Of a stretch of 64,000 bases of DNA, positions 11,008 to 20,523 are shown piece by piece. A program made the position numbers and the translations under genes. Under the pieces are notes generated by a model. The model was not told where the DNA came from, did not search any database, and saw only the letters and a program-made list of their open reading frames with translations. The stretch's first letter is position 1. Every line of letters starts with the position of its first letter. Source of the DNA: Planctomycetota bacterium (GTDB lineage Bacteria; Planctomycetota; B15-G4; JADJEK01); the NCBI GenBank assembly GCA_044225365.1, contig JBGAIQ010000009.1, positions 96,462 to 160,461 on the forward strand, written 5' to 3'.

Positions 11008-12083
11008 TCGCTCGTGCCTTCTTCGATTTGGGCGAATGGGATCTTGAGGCGCACGCTCGCGCCGCCCCCCTGCCGACGCTCGAGCGTCAATTCCCCGGCT
11101 GTGCCATAGAGCGCGTCGATCCGCCGCCGCGTATTGCCGATTCCGATGCCTTCGACGAGATCGGCCGCCGCGGGCGGATCCTCGCCGTCGTCGTCCACGC
11201 CGAGAGTCAACCGATCGCCGTCGCGGCGCGCCCGTATCTCGATCCGCCGAGTTCCAGGACAGCGCTCGATGCCGTGGCGGATCGCGTTCTCGACGAGCGG
11301 GAGCAACGCCTGACTCGGAACGCGTGCGCCTCGCACGCCGGCCTCGATGTCGACGTCGATCACGATGCGATCGCCGAACCGGATCTTCTGGATCTCGAGG
11401 TAGGGATCGAGGCGCGCCACTTCGTGCTCGAGCGCGACCTCCTGCGTGTCTCGTTCGTCGAGATGCGATCGCAGGAGGTCGCCGAGGAGCGTCGTCATCC
11501 TCGTCGCGGACGTGGGATCGGTTCGCGCCGCGATGCCGACGGCATGCAATGTGTTGAACAGGAAGTGCGGTTCGAGCTGGCTCTTCAGCGCGGAGAGGCG
11601 GGCCGCGATCAGGTCGGTTCGCATGCGCTCGGCGAGCACGGCTTCGCGACGCTCCCTCCGCCGATGCGCAGCGAGCAAGGCGACGCCGACGATGGCGAGG
11701 GCATGCAGGCTCGTGAACGGGATCGATCGCCCGAGGTGATCGAGCGCCCCTTCGACGAGCGGCGTCTCGTCGAGGCGTTGCGGCGCGACGAAGCCGTACG
11801 CGATGAGCGTCCGCTGCACCCCGAACGAAGCGAGCGTGAAGAGCGTCGCGACCGCGCCGACGAGGAGCGCGACGAGCACGCTCCTCATGGGTTCCGTGAC
11901 CCGCAGGACGCGCGCGGAGACGTGGAACACGAACGGCGTCAGCGGCGCGAAGGGCAACCATTGCGTCGCCGTCGAGGTGGCGATCCCGGGCCAGATCGGT
12001 GCGTCGGGGGTCCAGAACGCATGCTCGTGGAGGAAGAGCAGGGAACCGAATGCGCAGAAGAACGCGAACGAGCCGATCCACAT
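11004..12083 (-). CDS. LytS/YehU-type sensor histidine kinase (multi-TM, His_kinase + HATPase_c)
   Basis: Four predicted TM helices (WIGSFAFFCAFGSLLFL etc.). His_kinase motif LEPHFLFNTLHAVGI and HATPase motif LPLVENAIRHG. The track ORF start (12758) adds an Arg-rich junk N-terminus. Likely start is MWIGSF near 12083 (+/- a few nt). Translationally coupled to the LytTR regulator. Confidence 0.85.
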   Translation of the reverse strand: MWIGSFAFFCAFGSLLFLHEHAFWTPDAPIWPGIATSTATQWLPFAPLTPFVFHVSARVLRVTEPMRSVLVALLVGAVATLFTLASFGVQRTLIAYGFVAPQRLDETPLVEGALDHLGRSIPFTSLHALAIVGVALLAAHRRRERREAVLAERMRTDLIAARLSALKSQLEPHFLFNTLHAVGIAARTDPTSATRMTTLLGDLLRSHLDERDTQEVALEHEVARLDPYLEIQKIRFGDRIVIDVDIEAGVRGARVPSQALLPLVENAIRHGIERCPGTRRIEIRARRDGDRLTLGVDDDGEDPPAAADLVEGIGIGNTRRRIDALYGTAGELTLERRQGGGASVRLKIPFAQIEEGTSE

Positions 12084-12208
12084 GCTCAGCCTCCGCCACG
12101 AAGCCGGATCCTCGGCAGCGGGTTCACCCGGCTCGATCTCACTCACAAGACGCACTCGGCTCGACAATCGACCCCTCACGACTCCTGTGTTCGCATTCGA
12201 TCCGGCGA

Positions 12209-13402
12209 TCAGCGCGCGCCCGTCGGACCCGATTTCGAAGCGCTCCGCACCGAGTTCGCCGGCGACTCCGAGCCCGACGCCGGCGGCCAAGGATACTCCA
12301 TCCCGCGGGCGGTCCTCTCGGCGACGTCCTTTCCGAGATCGCGCTCGACGAGATGGAGCGCCGCGTCGATCCCTGCGGAAACGCCCGCCGCGGTCACCAC
12401 CTTGCCATGGTCGACGTAGCGAACGCCCCTCACCACGTCCACCTTCGGGAAGTCGCGGGCGAGTCCGCCAAGAGCCGAGTGATGCGTCGTCGCCGACTTG
12501 CCGTCGAGCAGGCCGGTCTTCGCGAGCACGAAGGCGCCGGTGCACACGGAGAGGATCTGCGTCGAGGGCGTCGCGGCGGCCGCGAACCACTTCATGAAAG
12601 CCGTGTCTTCGAGGAGTCGTGGCGTATCGCCACCCGGCACGACGATCACGTCGGGAACGGGGCAGTTCTCGATCGTGTACGTCGGGACGATCGTCGCGTC
12701 GATTCCGTTTGGATGCACGGGAGTCGACGTCGAAGCCACGTAGAAGACCTGGTAGCACGGACCCTCGATGCGCCGGATCGCCGCTCCGAAGACTTCGGAC
12801 GGACCCGCGAAGTCGAGCATCTCGACGCCCTCGTGGATCACGATCGCCACCTTCGACGCATGACTCACGATCGAATCCATGGCGCGCTCGAAGCGCGGGT
12901 CGGCGCGCAGCTTCTTCAGGTCGGGATCATGACGGATGAGTCCCTCATTGCCGAGGCCCGCTGCGATCGCGCGCGAGAGACTCTCGAACGCGACGTCCGA
13001 TCGATCGAGCATCGCCTGCGCGCAGGCGATGTCGTACAGACTGAGGACGTGGACTTCGTGTTGCGATGGAGTCGCCGCATTCTCGGTGAGTTTCGCCGCG
13101 CGTTCGTGCGCGGGGAGCGCGTCGGTGAACCGCCCGAGTGAATGCAATGCGAACCCCAGGCGATGCCAGGCGACGGCATCGTCGTCGTGCGACGCGACGA
13201 GTCGCTGATAGGCCTCGGCAGCGGCCACCCAGTCGCCGGCATCGAAGGCCTGCGACGCTCGTTGCGCGAGATTCTCGTCCGCGGGTTTCGCCGCCTCACC
13301 GACGCCCGTCGGCGCGCTCCCTTGCGCATGGGCAGTACCGACGGCAAGCATGAGAATCGCGGGAATCAGCGCAAATCGGGTCCGTTCGAAATCCATGACC
13401 AT
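12209..13402 (-). CDS. exported TPR-repeat protein fused to a DJ-1/PfpI (class I glutamine amidotransferase-like) domain
   Basis: Real start MVMDFERTRFALIPAILMLAVGTAHAQG is a signal peptide. TPR-like helices (AEAYQRLVASHDDDAVAWHRLGFALHSLGRFTDAL). DJ-1/PfpI domain with nucleophile elbow ILSVCTGAFVLAKTGLLDGKSATTHH. The track ORF (to 14020) has a junk N-terminal extension. Confidence 0.8.
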   Translation of the reverse strand: MVMDFERTRFALIPAILMLAVGTAHAQGSAPTGVGEAAKPADENLAQRASQAFDAGDWVAAAEAYQRLVASHDDDAVAWHRLGFALHSLGRFTDALPAHERAAKLTENAATPSQHEVHVLSLYDIACAQAMLDRSDVAFESLSRAIAAGLGNEGLIRHDPDLKKLRADPRFERAMDSIVSHASKVAIVIHEGVEMLDFAGPSEVFGAAIRRIEGPCYQVFYVASTSTPVHPNGIDATIVPTYTIENCPVPDVIVVPGGDTPRLLEDTAFMKWFAAAATPSTQILSVCTGAFVLAKTGLLDGKSATTHHSALGGLARDFPKVDVVRGVRYVDHGKVVTAAGVSAGIDAALHLVERDLGKDVAERTARGMEYPWPPASGSESPANSVRSASKSGPTGAR

Positions 13403-13696
13403 CCTCTCGTATTCGAGCTCGCTTCGTCTTTGGGCGGCAGGGCGCGCTCGGCCAGCTCGATGACCGGCGCGCCTTGAATGGAACCGAGGCCAACGCCGGA
13501 TGCGTCCCTGCTGGGACCAACCGTTCTCTCCTTGTCGCGAGGGACGGCCGACGGGTCGATCTCGGGCGATTTCTCCCAAGTGCGCAGAATTTGGCGGAGC
13601 GACGGCGCCCGACTCCACCGTTTTGCCCACTGCTCGCGCCGATTCGTGCGGCACCTCGTTCGCTCTTCGAGCGAGCGAGCTTTCCGGAGGTGTTCC

Positions 13697-14509
13697 ATGC
13701 GTGTGATCGACATCATGACGAAGAACTGCGTCACCATCGAGCCGATGGCGTCGCTGAAGCAGGCGATGGACGAGATGGAACGGCACGACGTGCGACATCT
13801 CGTCGTCGTCGACGCGGATGGACGGCTCGAGGGCATCGTCTCCGATCGCGATCTGCTCGCGGCGACGGGATGGGTCGATGATCCGACCGATTCCCGGCGT
13901 GTCATGGATGTGATGCATCGCGACGTGAAGACGACGAATCGCCAGGCGGAGGTCGTCGCGATCGCGACCGAGATGATCGTCGATGCGATCGGCTGCTTCC
14001 CGGTCGTCGAGGACGACCACGTCGTCGGCATCGTCACGGAGACCGATCTCGTCGGGGCGTTCCTGAAAGCGCTGGAGCAGGGCATCCTCCCCCGCGACGC
14101 GGATCCGTTGATCGCGACGAAGATGACGCGCGATCCGCTCTGCATCTCACCCTCGGATACCTTGCTGGAAGCGCGACTCATCCTGCGAGCGCGCAAGATC
14201 CGCCATCTCCCAGTGATCGACGGGGATCGCGTGCTCGGCGTGCTGTCCGACCGCGATACGCGGCGCGTCGAAGGACGCCATCAACTTCGCGAGCCGGTGC
14301 TCGCGGAAGCGATCAAGCGTCACGTCGTCATCATCGCTCCCGATCAACGCCTCTCGACCGCCGCCGTGCTGATGTTGGATCGCAAGATCAGCTGCCTGCC
14401 CGTGGTCACGCCGGACACGAACAAGCTCGTCGGCATCCTGACCCTCGCCGATCTGCTCGACCATTGCGCCGCGACGCTCTGGCAACCGACGAGATTCGTG
14501 ACGGCGTAA
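13697..14509 (+). CDS. CBS-domain protein (four tandem CBS motifs)
   Basis: Repeated CBS signatures (VIDIMTKNCVTIEP, RHLVVVDADGRLEGIVSDRDLL, CFPVVEDDHVVGIVTETDLV, RHLPVIDGDRVLGVLSDRD, CLPVVTPDTNKLVGILTLADLL). ATG at 13697 after the upstream junk portion of track ORF 13478..14509. Confidence 0.85.
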   Translation: MRVIDIMTKNCVTIEPMASLKQAMDEMERHDVRHLVVVDADGRLEGIVSDRDLLAATGWVDDPTDSRRVMDVMHRDVKTTNRQAEVVAIATEMIVDAIGCFPVVEDDHVVGIVTETDLVGAFLKALEQGILPRDADPLIATKMTRDPLCISPSDTLLEARLILRARKIRHLPVIDGDRVLGVLSDRDTRRVEGRHQLREPVLAEAIKRHVVIIAPDQRLSTAAVLMLDRKISCLPVVTPDTNKLVGILTLADLLDHCAATLWQPTRFVTA

Positions 14510-14596
14510 ACGCGCGGCCGCGCACCCGGTTTTTTTGAACGCAACGGCGGGCGTAGGGGCGCACGGATTGTGCGCGCGAGTCTCACCCCGCCGACC

Positions 14597-14965
14597 CTAG
14601 AACGGCCGGTGGCGCGATTCGACGGCGTAGAGCTTCGAGTAGGCCTCGAGGAGTTGCCGCGAGCGCTCGTACGATTCCGATTCGTCGGCGGCGTCCGCCT
14701 CGGGCTTCAGCTTCGCGTCGTTGCGGAAGATCTCGAGCAAGGCCTCGTAACGCTCATGAGCGGCGAGCATCGAGCTGATGTTCGTGGCCTGATCGTGGCG
14801 GGCGACGTCGTCGAGGACGTTGATCGCTTCCTCGGCGGCGATATCGAGCGCCTCTTCCAGGCGATTCCAGCGCTTGTGACCTTCGGTCTGCGTATCGATC
14901 CGCTTCCGAGTCTCCTCGACTCGCGCAGCCACTTCGGAAGCGATCGCCTTCGGGTCGAACATCAC
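14597..14965 (-). CDS. hypothetical protein (122 aa, acidic, helical), co-transcribed downstream of rbfA
   Basis: Clean non-Arg-rich ORF. Its start overlaps the rbfA stop in an ATGA junction (14962..14965). No recognisable domain. Confidence 0.6.
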   Translation of the reverse strand: MMFDPKAIASEVAARVEETRKRIDTQTEGHKRWNRLEEALDIAAEEAINVLDDVARHDQATNISSMLAAHERYEALLEIFRNDAKLKPEADAADESESYERSRQLLEAYSKLYAVESRHRPF

Positions 14966-15411
14966 TCGTCCTCGTCCGGCTCCGATTCGTGCGGGGCCGC
15001 TTTATCCTCGGTCGGCTCGGGCGTCGCCTCGGGAGCTTCGGACTCGGGCAACTCTCCGCGGGCGCGGCGCTCCGCGTCGAGGTCCTTCAGGAGGTGGTCG
15101 ACGCGCATCGAGCCATCGATCGAATCGTCGTACTGGAAGATCAGGTGCGGAACGGTGCGGGTGCGCAGGACCTTTCCGAGCGTGTGCTGGATGAACCCGC
15201 GGGCTTCGTCGAGAGCGTGCTTCGTCTTGCTCTTGTCGCCCTCGCTGCCGAGCACGGAGTAGAAGACCTCGCAGCGCGACAGATCGCGCGCGAGCTTCAC
15301 GCGCGTGATCGTCGTGAACGCGATGCGCGGATCCTGCAATTCGAAGAGCACGATCTGCGCGACGCGCTCGCGGATCCGCTCTGCCAGTTTCGAGTCAGCG
15401 TTCCAGCCCAC
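14962..15411 (-). CDS. rbfA: ribosome-binding factor A
   Basis: RbfA signature ERVAQIVLFELQDPRIAFTTITRVKLARDLSRCEVFYSV. Classic position after infB. Acidic C-terminal tail. Confidence 0.9.
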   Translation of the reverse strand: MGWNADSKLAERIRERVAQIVLFELQDPRIAFTTITRVKLARDLSRCEVFYSVLGSEGDKSKTKHALDEARGFIQHTLGKVLRTRTVPHLIFQYDDSIDGSMRVDHLLKDLDAERRARGELPESEAPEATPEPTEDKAAPHESEPDEDE

Positions 15412-15420
15412 GTCGCGCCT

Positions 15421-15711
15421 TCATTCGATCGATTGAATGTTCCAGTCGAGCAGCTCCGCCTCGGGATGTACCCGAAGCTGCTGCAGGATCGCGTCGAGTT
15501 CGCCGCGAACGTATCCGCTGTCGGAGCCGACCGCCGCGAACCCCAGGACGATCGACTGCCAGAGATCCTGGTCGTCGACCTCCGCCACCGACACGTTGAA
15601 GCGCGCGCGGATGCGGTCCTTGATGCTCCGCAGCACCTTGCGCTTCTCCTTCAAGGAGTGCGAGGACCGCAGCCGCATTCTCACTTCGAGAACGGAGGCT
15701 TCGAGCGCCAC
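15421..15711 (-). CDS. DUF503 (YlxP-like) protein
   Basis: SHSLKEKRKVLRSIKDRIRARFNVSVAEVDDQDLW matches the DUF503 family that characteristically sits between infB and rbfA. Confidence 0.85.
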   Translation of the reverse strand: MALEASVLEVRMRLRSSHSLKEKRKVLRSIKDRIRARFNVSVAEVDDQDLWQSIVLGFAAVGSDSGYVRGELDAILQQLRVHPEAELLDWNIQSIE

Positions 15712-15723
15712 GAGTACCTTCGA

Positions 15724-18700
15724 TCAGCTCGCACCCGCCGAGAAGTCGAGCGTGCGCTTCTCTTCTGCGACCTCGAAGGCCTCGACGATGTCGCCGACCT
15801 TGATGTCGTCGTAGCCATCGACCTTGAGACCGCACTCGAGGCCTTCCTTGACCTCGCGCACGTCGTCCTTGAATCGCTTGAGCGAGGCGAGTTTGCCGGT
15901 GTGGACGATGCGACCATCGCGCGTGAGGCGAATCTTCGCGTTGCGCTTGACGATGCCGTCCTTGACGATACAGCCAGCGATCGTGCCGACCTTCGAGACC
16001 TTGAAGATCTCGCGGATCTCGACGTGACCGATGACCGCCTCCTTCTGGATCGGCGACAGCTTGCCTTCCATCGCGGCCTTCACGTCGTCCACCAGCTGGT
16101 AGATGATCTCGTAGGTCCGGATATCGACGCCGCGCTGATCGGCGAGGGATCGCGCCTTGTCGTCGGCGACCACGTTGAAGCCGATGATCGTCGCTTCGGA
16201 AGCGATCGCGAGCAGCACGTCGTCCTCGGTGATGCCACCGAGCGCGTCGCGGATGATCTTGATCTTCACTTCCTTCTTCGACAGCGACTCGAGCTCCTTC
16301 TTCACGACTTCGAGCGAGCCCTTCACGTCGCAGCGGACGATGAGGAGCACTTCCTCGGCCTTGCCGGCTTCGAGGTTCGCGAACAGGTTCTCGAGCGTGA
16401 TGTTGTTGCGCGACGGACCCGTGACGCGGTCCTTGTTCTTCGAATGCAATCGCTCCTCGGCGACCTCGCGAGCCTGCTTCAAGCTCTCGAGAACGAAGAA
16501 CGGCGCCGAAGCGTCCGGCGGGTCGTTGAGGCCGAGCACGTTGACCGGAGTGGATGGCGCCGCTTCGGTGATGCTCGTGCCGTCGTCCGCGATGAGCTTT
16601 CGGATGCGACCGTAGCTCGTGCCCGAGAGCATCACGTCGCCGACGCGGAACGTGCCCTCCTGCACCAGCACCGTCGCGATCGCGCCGAGCTGATCGTCCT
16701 TGCGCGCCTCGATCACGGTGCCGCGCGCCTCGCGCGTCGGGTCGGCCTTGAGGTCCATGACCTCGGCCTGCAACGTGATCTTCTCGAGCAATTCGTCGAT
16801 CCCGCGGCCGGTCGTCGCCGAGGTCTTCGCGACCTGGACGTCGCCGCCCCATGCCTCGACGAGCACGCCCGCGGTGGCGAGTTGCTGCATGACACGGTCG
16901 GCGTTCGCTTCGCCGCGGTCGATCTTGTTGAGTGCCACCACGATCGGGCACTTCGCGGCCTTCGCGTGCTGGATCGCCTCCTCGGTCTGCGGCATGACGC
17001 CGTCGTCGGCGGCGACGACGAGCACGACGATATCGGTCACGTTCGCGCCGCGGGCGCGCATCTCCGTGAACGCCTTGTGACCCGGCGTGTCGAGGAGCGT
17101 GATCTTGTGGCCGGTCGGCGACGTCACGCTGTACGCGCGCATCGACTGCGTGATGCCGCCGGCCTCACCCGCTGCGACGTTCGAGTTGCGAATGCGGTCG
17201 AGCAGCGAGGTCTTGCCATGGTCGACGTGGCCGAGGAACGCGACGACGGGCGGGCGCGGTTGCAGCCGACCGGTTTCCTCGCGGGCCGCGAGCTTCTTGT
17301 CCATCGCATCGACCTTGGCCATCAGCGTCTGTTCGAGGTTCTGCTTCGCGACGATGTTCACTTCGCGATTGCGAGCCGCCGCGACTTCGAGCACGGCCAT
17401 TTCGTTCAACGCGCTGTTCACACCGGCTTCGTGACCGCCGCCGAGAAGGATGCGCAAGATCTCGGAAACCTTTGCGCCGAGCAACGACGAGAGATCGCGC
17501 ACACTGATCGGAACCGCGACTTCGAGCGGACCGGTGGGGACCGGCGGAGCCTGGGGCTTCTTCGCTTTGCGCGGACCGACGCGGCGCGGCGGTCGCCGCA
17601 GACTGTTCGCCGCCTGCCGCAGGCGGATGCTCTGCAGCAGCGGATCGTCCTCGTCGTCCGGATTCCATGCCGCGGAGTCGGAACGTCCGCGGATCCCGCG
17701 TTTCTTCGCGTTCTCCGCTTCGGTGATCGGATCGAGGATCGGACCCCGTCCGGGACCGCGCGCCGCGGCAGCGCCCGCATCGGGGCTCGCGCCCGGCGCG
17801 TTCGTCGTCGTCGGACCCGGAGCGGTCCGCATCTGCCGCTGCCGCTCGAGTTCCTCGCGAGGCAGCTCGATACGACCGAGGATCTTCGCGCCACCCGCCG
17901 GGCGAGAAGGACGCTTGATCGGACTCTGCGGCGCCGCGCCCGTGGCGGCGGTGCCCGCTCCACCCTGCCCGCCCGGCGCGCCGTGCTGGCTGGAAGGATC
18001 GTTCGTGCGAGGCGGCGGCGGAGCCACCGGCCCACCGCGAACGGTGCGCCCGCCCGGGAGATTCGCGCCCGACATCGAACCGAGGGATCCGATCGGTCCG
18101 CGAGCTGCGATCGAAGGCCGCGCCGGCGGCGCGGAGTGACTGGGAGACGGCGGCGCCGTCGAAGGCGATGGCGTACGCGGCGGCGCGGGCGGCACGGGCG
18201 CAGCGGGCGTCACCGCGGCCGCGGCCGGCCGCACGGGCTCGGATGGATGACTCTCCTTCGGCTTCGCCGCGGGCACGTGCGCGGGCGCTACCGCGGGCTT
18301 CTCCGCTTCGGGGGCCACGCTCGCGGGAGCCGCCGGCGGCTCGACGCGCGCGACCGGAGGGGCGGCGCTCTGGGGTGCGGGCGACGGAGGAGCCGTCGGA
18401 GCCGCAGCGACCGGTGCCACGGGCTCGGGGGCACTCACGCTCGAGCTCTCGCTCTCGCTCGAACCTTCGAAGCCACTCTCACCGGGCACGGACTCGTAGG
18501 AGTCGCCATCGCCCTCGGTCGCTTCGCCTTCGTTCTCGGAGGTGCGCACGCGCATGCGGCGCTTGCGCGGCTCCGCCTTCGCGGCGTCGGCAGGAGCGAC
18601 TTCCACGGCCGCGACCGGCGGCGGCGTCGAATCGCCGTGTTCTTCGCGGTAGGCCGCCTTGAGCAGAGCGATCTCGCCGACCGTCAAGGTCGCCGAGTGA

Positions 18701-18789
18701 TTGCGCGCCTTGAGGCCGAGCTCCTTCGCGAGAGCGAGCAGGAGCTTGCTCTCGGCGCCGATTTCCTTGGCCAATTCGTGAAGTCTCAT
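15724..18789 (-). CDS. infB: translation initiation factor IF-2
   Basis: IF2_N ([26 protein letters not shown]). Long Pro/Ala-rich linker. GTPase motifs [22 protein letters not shown]-terminal domains. Start set at [11 protein letters not shown] (18789); an alternative ATG at 18837 would overlap the nusA stop. Confidence 0.95.
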   Translation of the reverse strand: MRLHELAKEIGAESKLLLALAKELGLKARNHSATLTVGEIALLKAAYREEHGDSTPPPVAAVEVAPADAAKAEPRKRRMRVRTSENEGEATEGDGDSYESVPGESGFEGSSESESSSVSAPEPVAPVAAAPTAPPSPAPQSAAPPVARVEPPAAPASVAPEAEKPAVAPAHVPAAKPKESHPSEPVRPAAAAVTPAAPVPPAPPRTPSPSTAPPSPSHSAPPARPSIAARGPIGSLGSMSGANLPGGRTVRGGPVAPPPPRTNDPSSQHGAPGGQGGAGTAATGAAPQSPIKRPSRPAGGAKILGRIELPREELERQRQMRTAPGPTTTNAPGASPDAGAAAARGPGRGPILDPITEAENAKKRGIRGRSDSAAWNPDDEDDPLLQSIRLRQAANSLRRPPRRVGPRKAKKPQAPPVPTGPLEVAVPISVRDLSSLLGAKVSEILRILLGGGHEAGVNSALNEMAVLEVAAARNREVNIVAKQNLEQTLMAKVDAMDKKLAAREETGRLQPRPPVVAFLGHVDHGKTSLLDRIRNSNVAAGEAGGITQSMRAYSVTSPTGHKITLLDTPGHKAFTEMRARGANVTDIVVLVVAADDGVMPQTEEAIQHAKAAKCPIVVALNKIDRGEANADRVMQQLATAGVLVEAWGGDVQVAKTSATTGRGIDELLEKITLQAEVMDLKADPTREARGTVIEARKDDQLGAIATVLVQEGTFRVGDVMLSGTSYGRIRKLIADDGTSITEAAPSTPVNVLGLNDPPDASAPFFVLESLKQAREVAEERLHSKNKDRVTGPSRNNITLENLFANLEAGKAEEVLLIVRCDVKGSLEVVKKELESLSKKEVKIKIIRDALGGITEDDVLLAIASEATIIGFNVVADDKARSLADQRGVDIRTYEIIYQLVDDVKAAMEGKLSPIQKEAVIGHVEIREIFKVSKVGTIAGCIVKDGIVKRNAKIRLTRDGRIVHTGKLASLKRFKDDVREVKEGLECGLKVDGYDDIKVGDIVEAFEVAEEKRTLDFSAGAS

Positions 18790-18833
18790 CGTGTGATCAC
18801 CGCGTACGTCGCGACCTCGGAGGTCGGCGACGC

Positions 18834-20090
18834 TCACGCGCCTCCTGTCGAGGCGTCGCCAGCGCTTGCGTTCGCGTCCGGTTTGGCCGGGGATTCCGCG
18901 GACGCCGAACCGCTCGTCGCGGAATCGGGCGCCTCGGACTTCGATTCCTTGTCCTCACCGCGCGCGGCGGAGAGTTCAGCGCGGAGCCGGCGTTCGAACT
19001 CGTCGGCGCCGACGGGGCTCGCGGGGGTCGTCGAGGACGACGACTCCGGCGAAGCGTTGCCCGGCGCGACGCCGCCGGTGAGCAGCGCTTCGCGCGCCTT
19101 CTCGACCTCGGCATCGGCCGCACTGCCACGCGGCTCGTCGTACGCAGCCTGCGTCGGGCTCTTGATCTTGATGTCGTAGCCGGTGAGACGCGAGGCGAGT
19201 CGCACGTTCTGGCCCTTGCGACCGATCGCGAGCGAGAGCTGGTCGTCGTTCACGAGCACGTGAGCGATCTGGTTGGCGTCGTCGAGCTCGATCGAGTTGA
19301 TCGTCGCTGGCTTGAGCGCCTGCTGGATGAACTCTTCGGTGTCGTCGCTCCAACGGATGATGTCGATCTTCTCGCCGTTCAACTCGTCGGTGATCGCCTT
19401 GATGCGACTGCCGCGAATGCCGACGCAGGCGCCGATGCAGTCGACGCGCGAATCGATCGAATTGACCGCGATCTTGGTGCGGAAGCCCGGCTCGCGTGCC
19501 ACCGCTCGGATCTCGATCACGCGATCGGAGATCTCCGGCACTTCGAGCTCGAAGAGCTTGAGGACGAGCTCCGGTGCCGCGCGCGAGAGCATGATCTTGA
19601 CCTTCGGGCCGACCTTCTTGACGTCGTACACGATGGCCTTGATGCGGTCGCCCGGGTTGTAGTTCTCGGTGCGCACCTTCTCGTGCTTCGGGACGATGCC
19701 CTCGGCACGACCCAGGTTGACGATGATGTTGCCGAGCTCGATGCGCTGTACCGCACCGGACACGATCGTGTTGACCTTGTGCTCGTAGTCGCCGTAGATG
19801 ACGTCGCGTTCGGCGTCGCGGATTCGCTGGATGATGACCTGCTTCGCCGTCTGCGCGGCGATGCGGCCAAGCTCGGTCATGTTGATGCCTTCGGCTTCGA
19901 ACTCGCCGTCCCAGACATCGACCTTGCCGGATTCACGATCGATCTCGACGGCAAGGCCTTCGCGCTCGCCGTAGCGCTTCTTGACGGCGGTCAGCAACGC
20001 GCTCTCGATCGCTTCGAACAGGATCTCTTTGTCGATATCCTTGTCGCGATGGATGGCGTCGACCAGTCGAATGAGCTCTTCGCCGTTCAT
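18834..20090 (-). CDS. nusA: transcription termination/antitermination factor NusA
   Basis: N-terminal MNGEELIRLVDAIHRDKDIDKEILFEAIESAL, then S1 and two KH domains (IGACVGIRGSRIKAI, IGRKGQNVRLASRLTG), plus an acidic C-terminal extension. The track ORF start (20351) adds 87 junk residues; ATG at 20090 chosen. Confidence 0.95.
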   Translation of the reverse strand: MNGEELIRLVDAIHRDKDIDKEILFEAIESALLTAVKKRYGEREGLAVEIDRESGKVDVWDGEFEAEGINMTELGRIAAQTAKQVIIQRIRDAERDVIYGDYEHKVNTIVSGAVQRIELGNIIVNLGRAEGIVPKHEKVRTENYNPGDRIKAIVYDVKKVGPKVKIMLSRAAPELVLKLFELEVPEISDRVIEIRAVAREPGFRTKIAVNSIDSRVDCIGACVGIRGSRIKAITDELNGEKIDIIRWSDDTEEFIQQALKPATINSIELDDANQIAHVLVNDDQLSLAIGRKGQNVRLASRLTGYDIKIKSPTQAAYDEPRGSAADAEVEKAREALLTGGVAPGNASPESSSSTTPASPVGADEFERRLRAELSAARGEDKESKSEAPDSATSGSASAESPAKPDANASAGDASTGGA

Positions 20091-20307
20091 GGCCTCGGTA
20101 CCGTCCGATCCGTTCGAATCGGCGGCGCTGTCCTTTGGATCAGGTGATGAAAATCCGTCGCTCGCGTCTTCGGATCGCGAAACGACCGTTCGGTGAATGA
20201 CCGAGCGAGCGCACCCTCGGGCTTTCGCCTCGAAGGCCGCTACCCCGCGATTCACCGACCTGCACCCCCGACTCCGGACCACCAGAAACACGACGTACGA
20301 GGCGACC

Positions 20308-20339
20308 TCCAAAAAAAGAAAGTGGGCAGAGCCCACTTT
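20308..20339 (-). terminator. intrinsic-terminator-like hairpin in the nusA leader (minus strand)
   Basis: 9-bp perfect stem AAAGTGGGC/GCCCACTTT (20319-20327 / 20331-20339) with a 3-nt loop. On the minus strand it is followed by TTTCTTTTTTTGG. Lies ~230 nt upstream of the nusA start. Confidence 0.45.
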
Positions 20340-20523
20340 GCGGGGGTACACCTCGTGGTGCAGGCGGCGCTATCGTAAGCCGAGTCGTGAGGCCTTTCAA
20401 TTGCTTTCGCCCTACCGCCCACGCGGCCCGGTAAATAACCGTGAGACCGGGCTGCGTCGAATCGACCGCGATCCAGACTCCCCAAATGCCCAGTCGAAAG
20501 ACCTCTCGAGGCCAAGAACGTAC

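Noticed and set aside
11007-12099. N-terminal 364 residues of track ORF 10216..12099 (and similar Arg-rich leaders on ORFs ending at 12758, 14020, 20351, 26029, 30669, 41192, 50427, 51781, 54771, 55684)
   Set aside because: These leaders are read-through into upstream sequence in a GC-rich frame without stops. Conserved N-terminal motifs and signal peptides indicate later start codons, which were used instead.
14989-19179. 1396-aa plus-strand ORF spanning rbfA/DUF503/infB/nusA region
   Set aside because: Antisense to four strongly conserved genes. Translation dominated by R, A, G and D runs.
20104-20125. GTTCGAATC T-loop-like motif suggesting a tRNA (by analogy with metY upstream of nusA)
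   Set aside because: Flanking sequence cannot form a T-stem, acceptor stem or anticodon arm on either strand.
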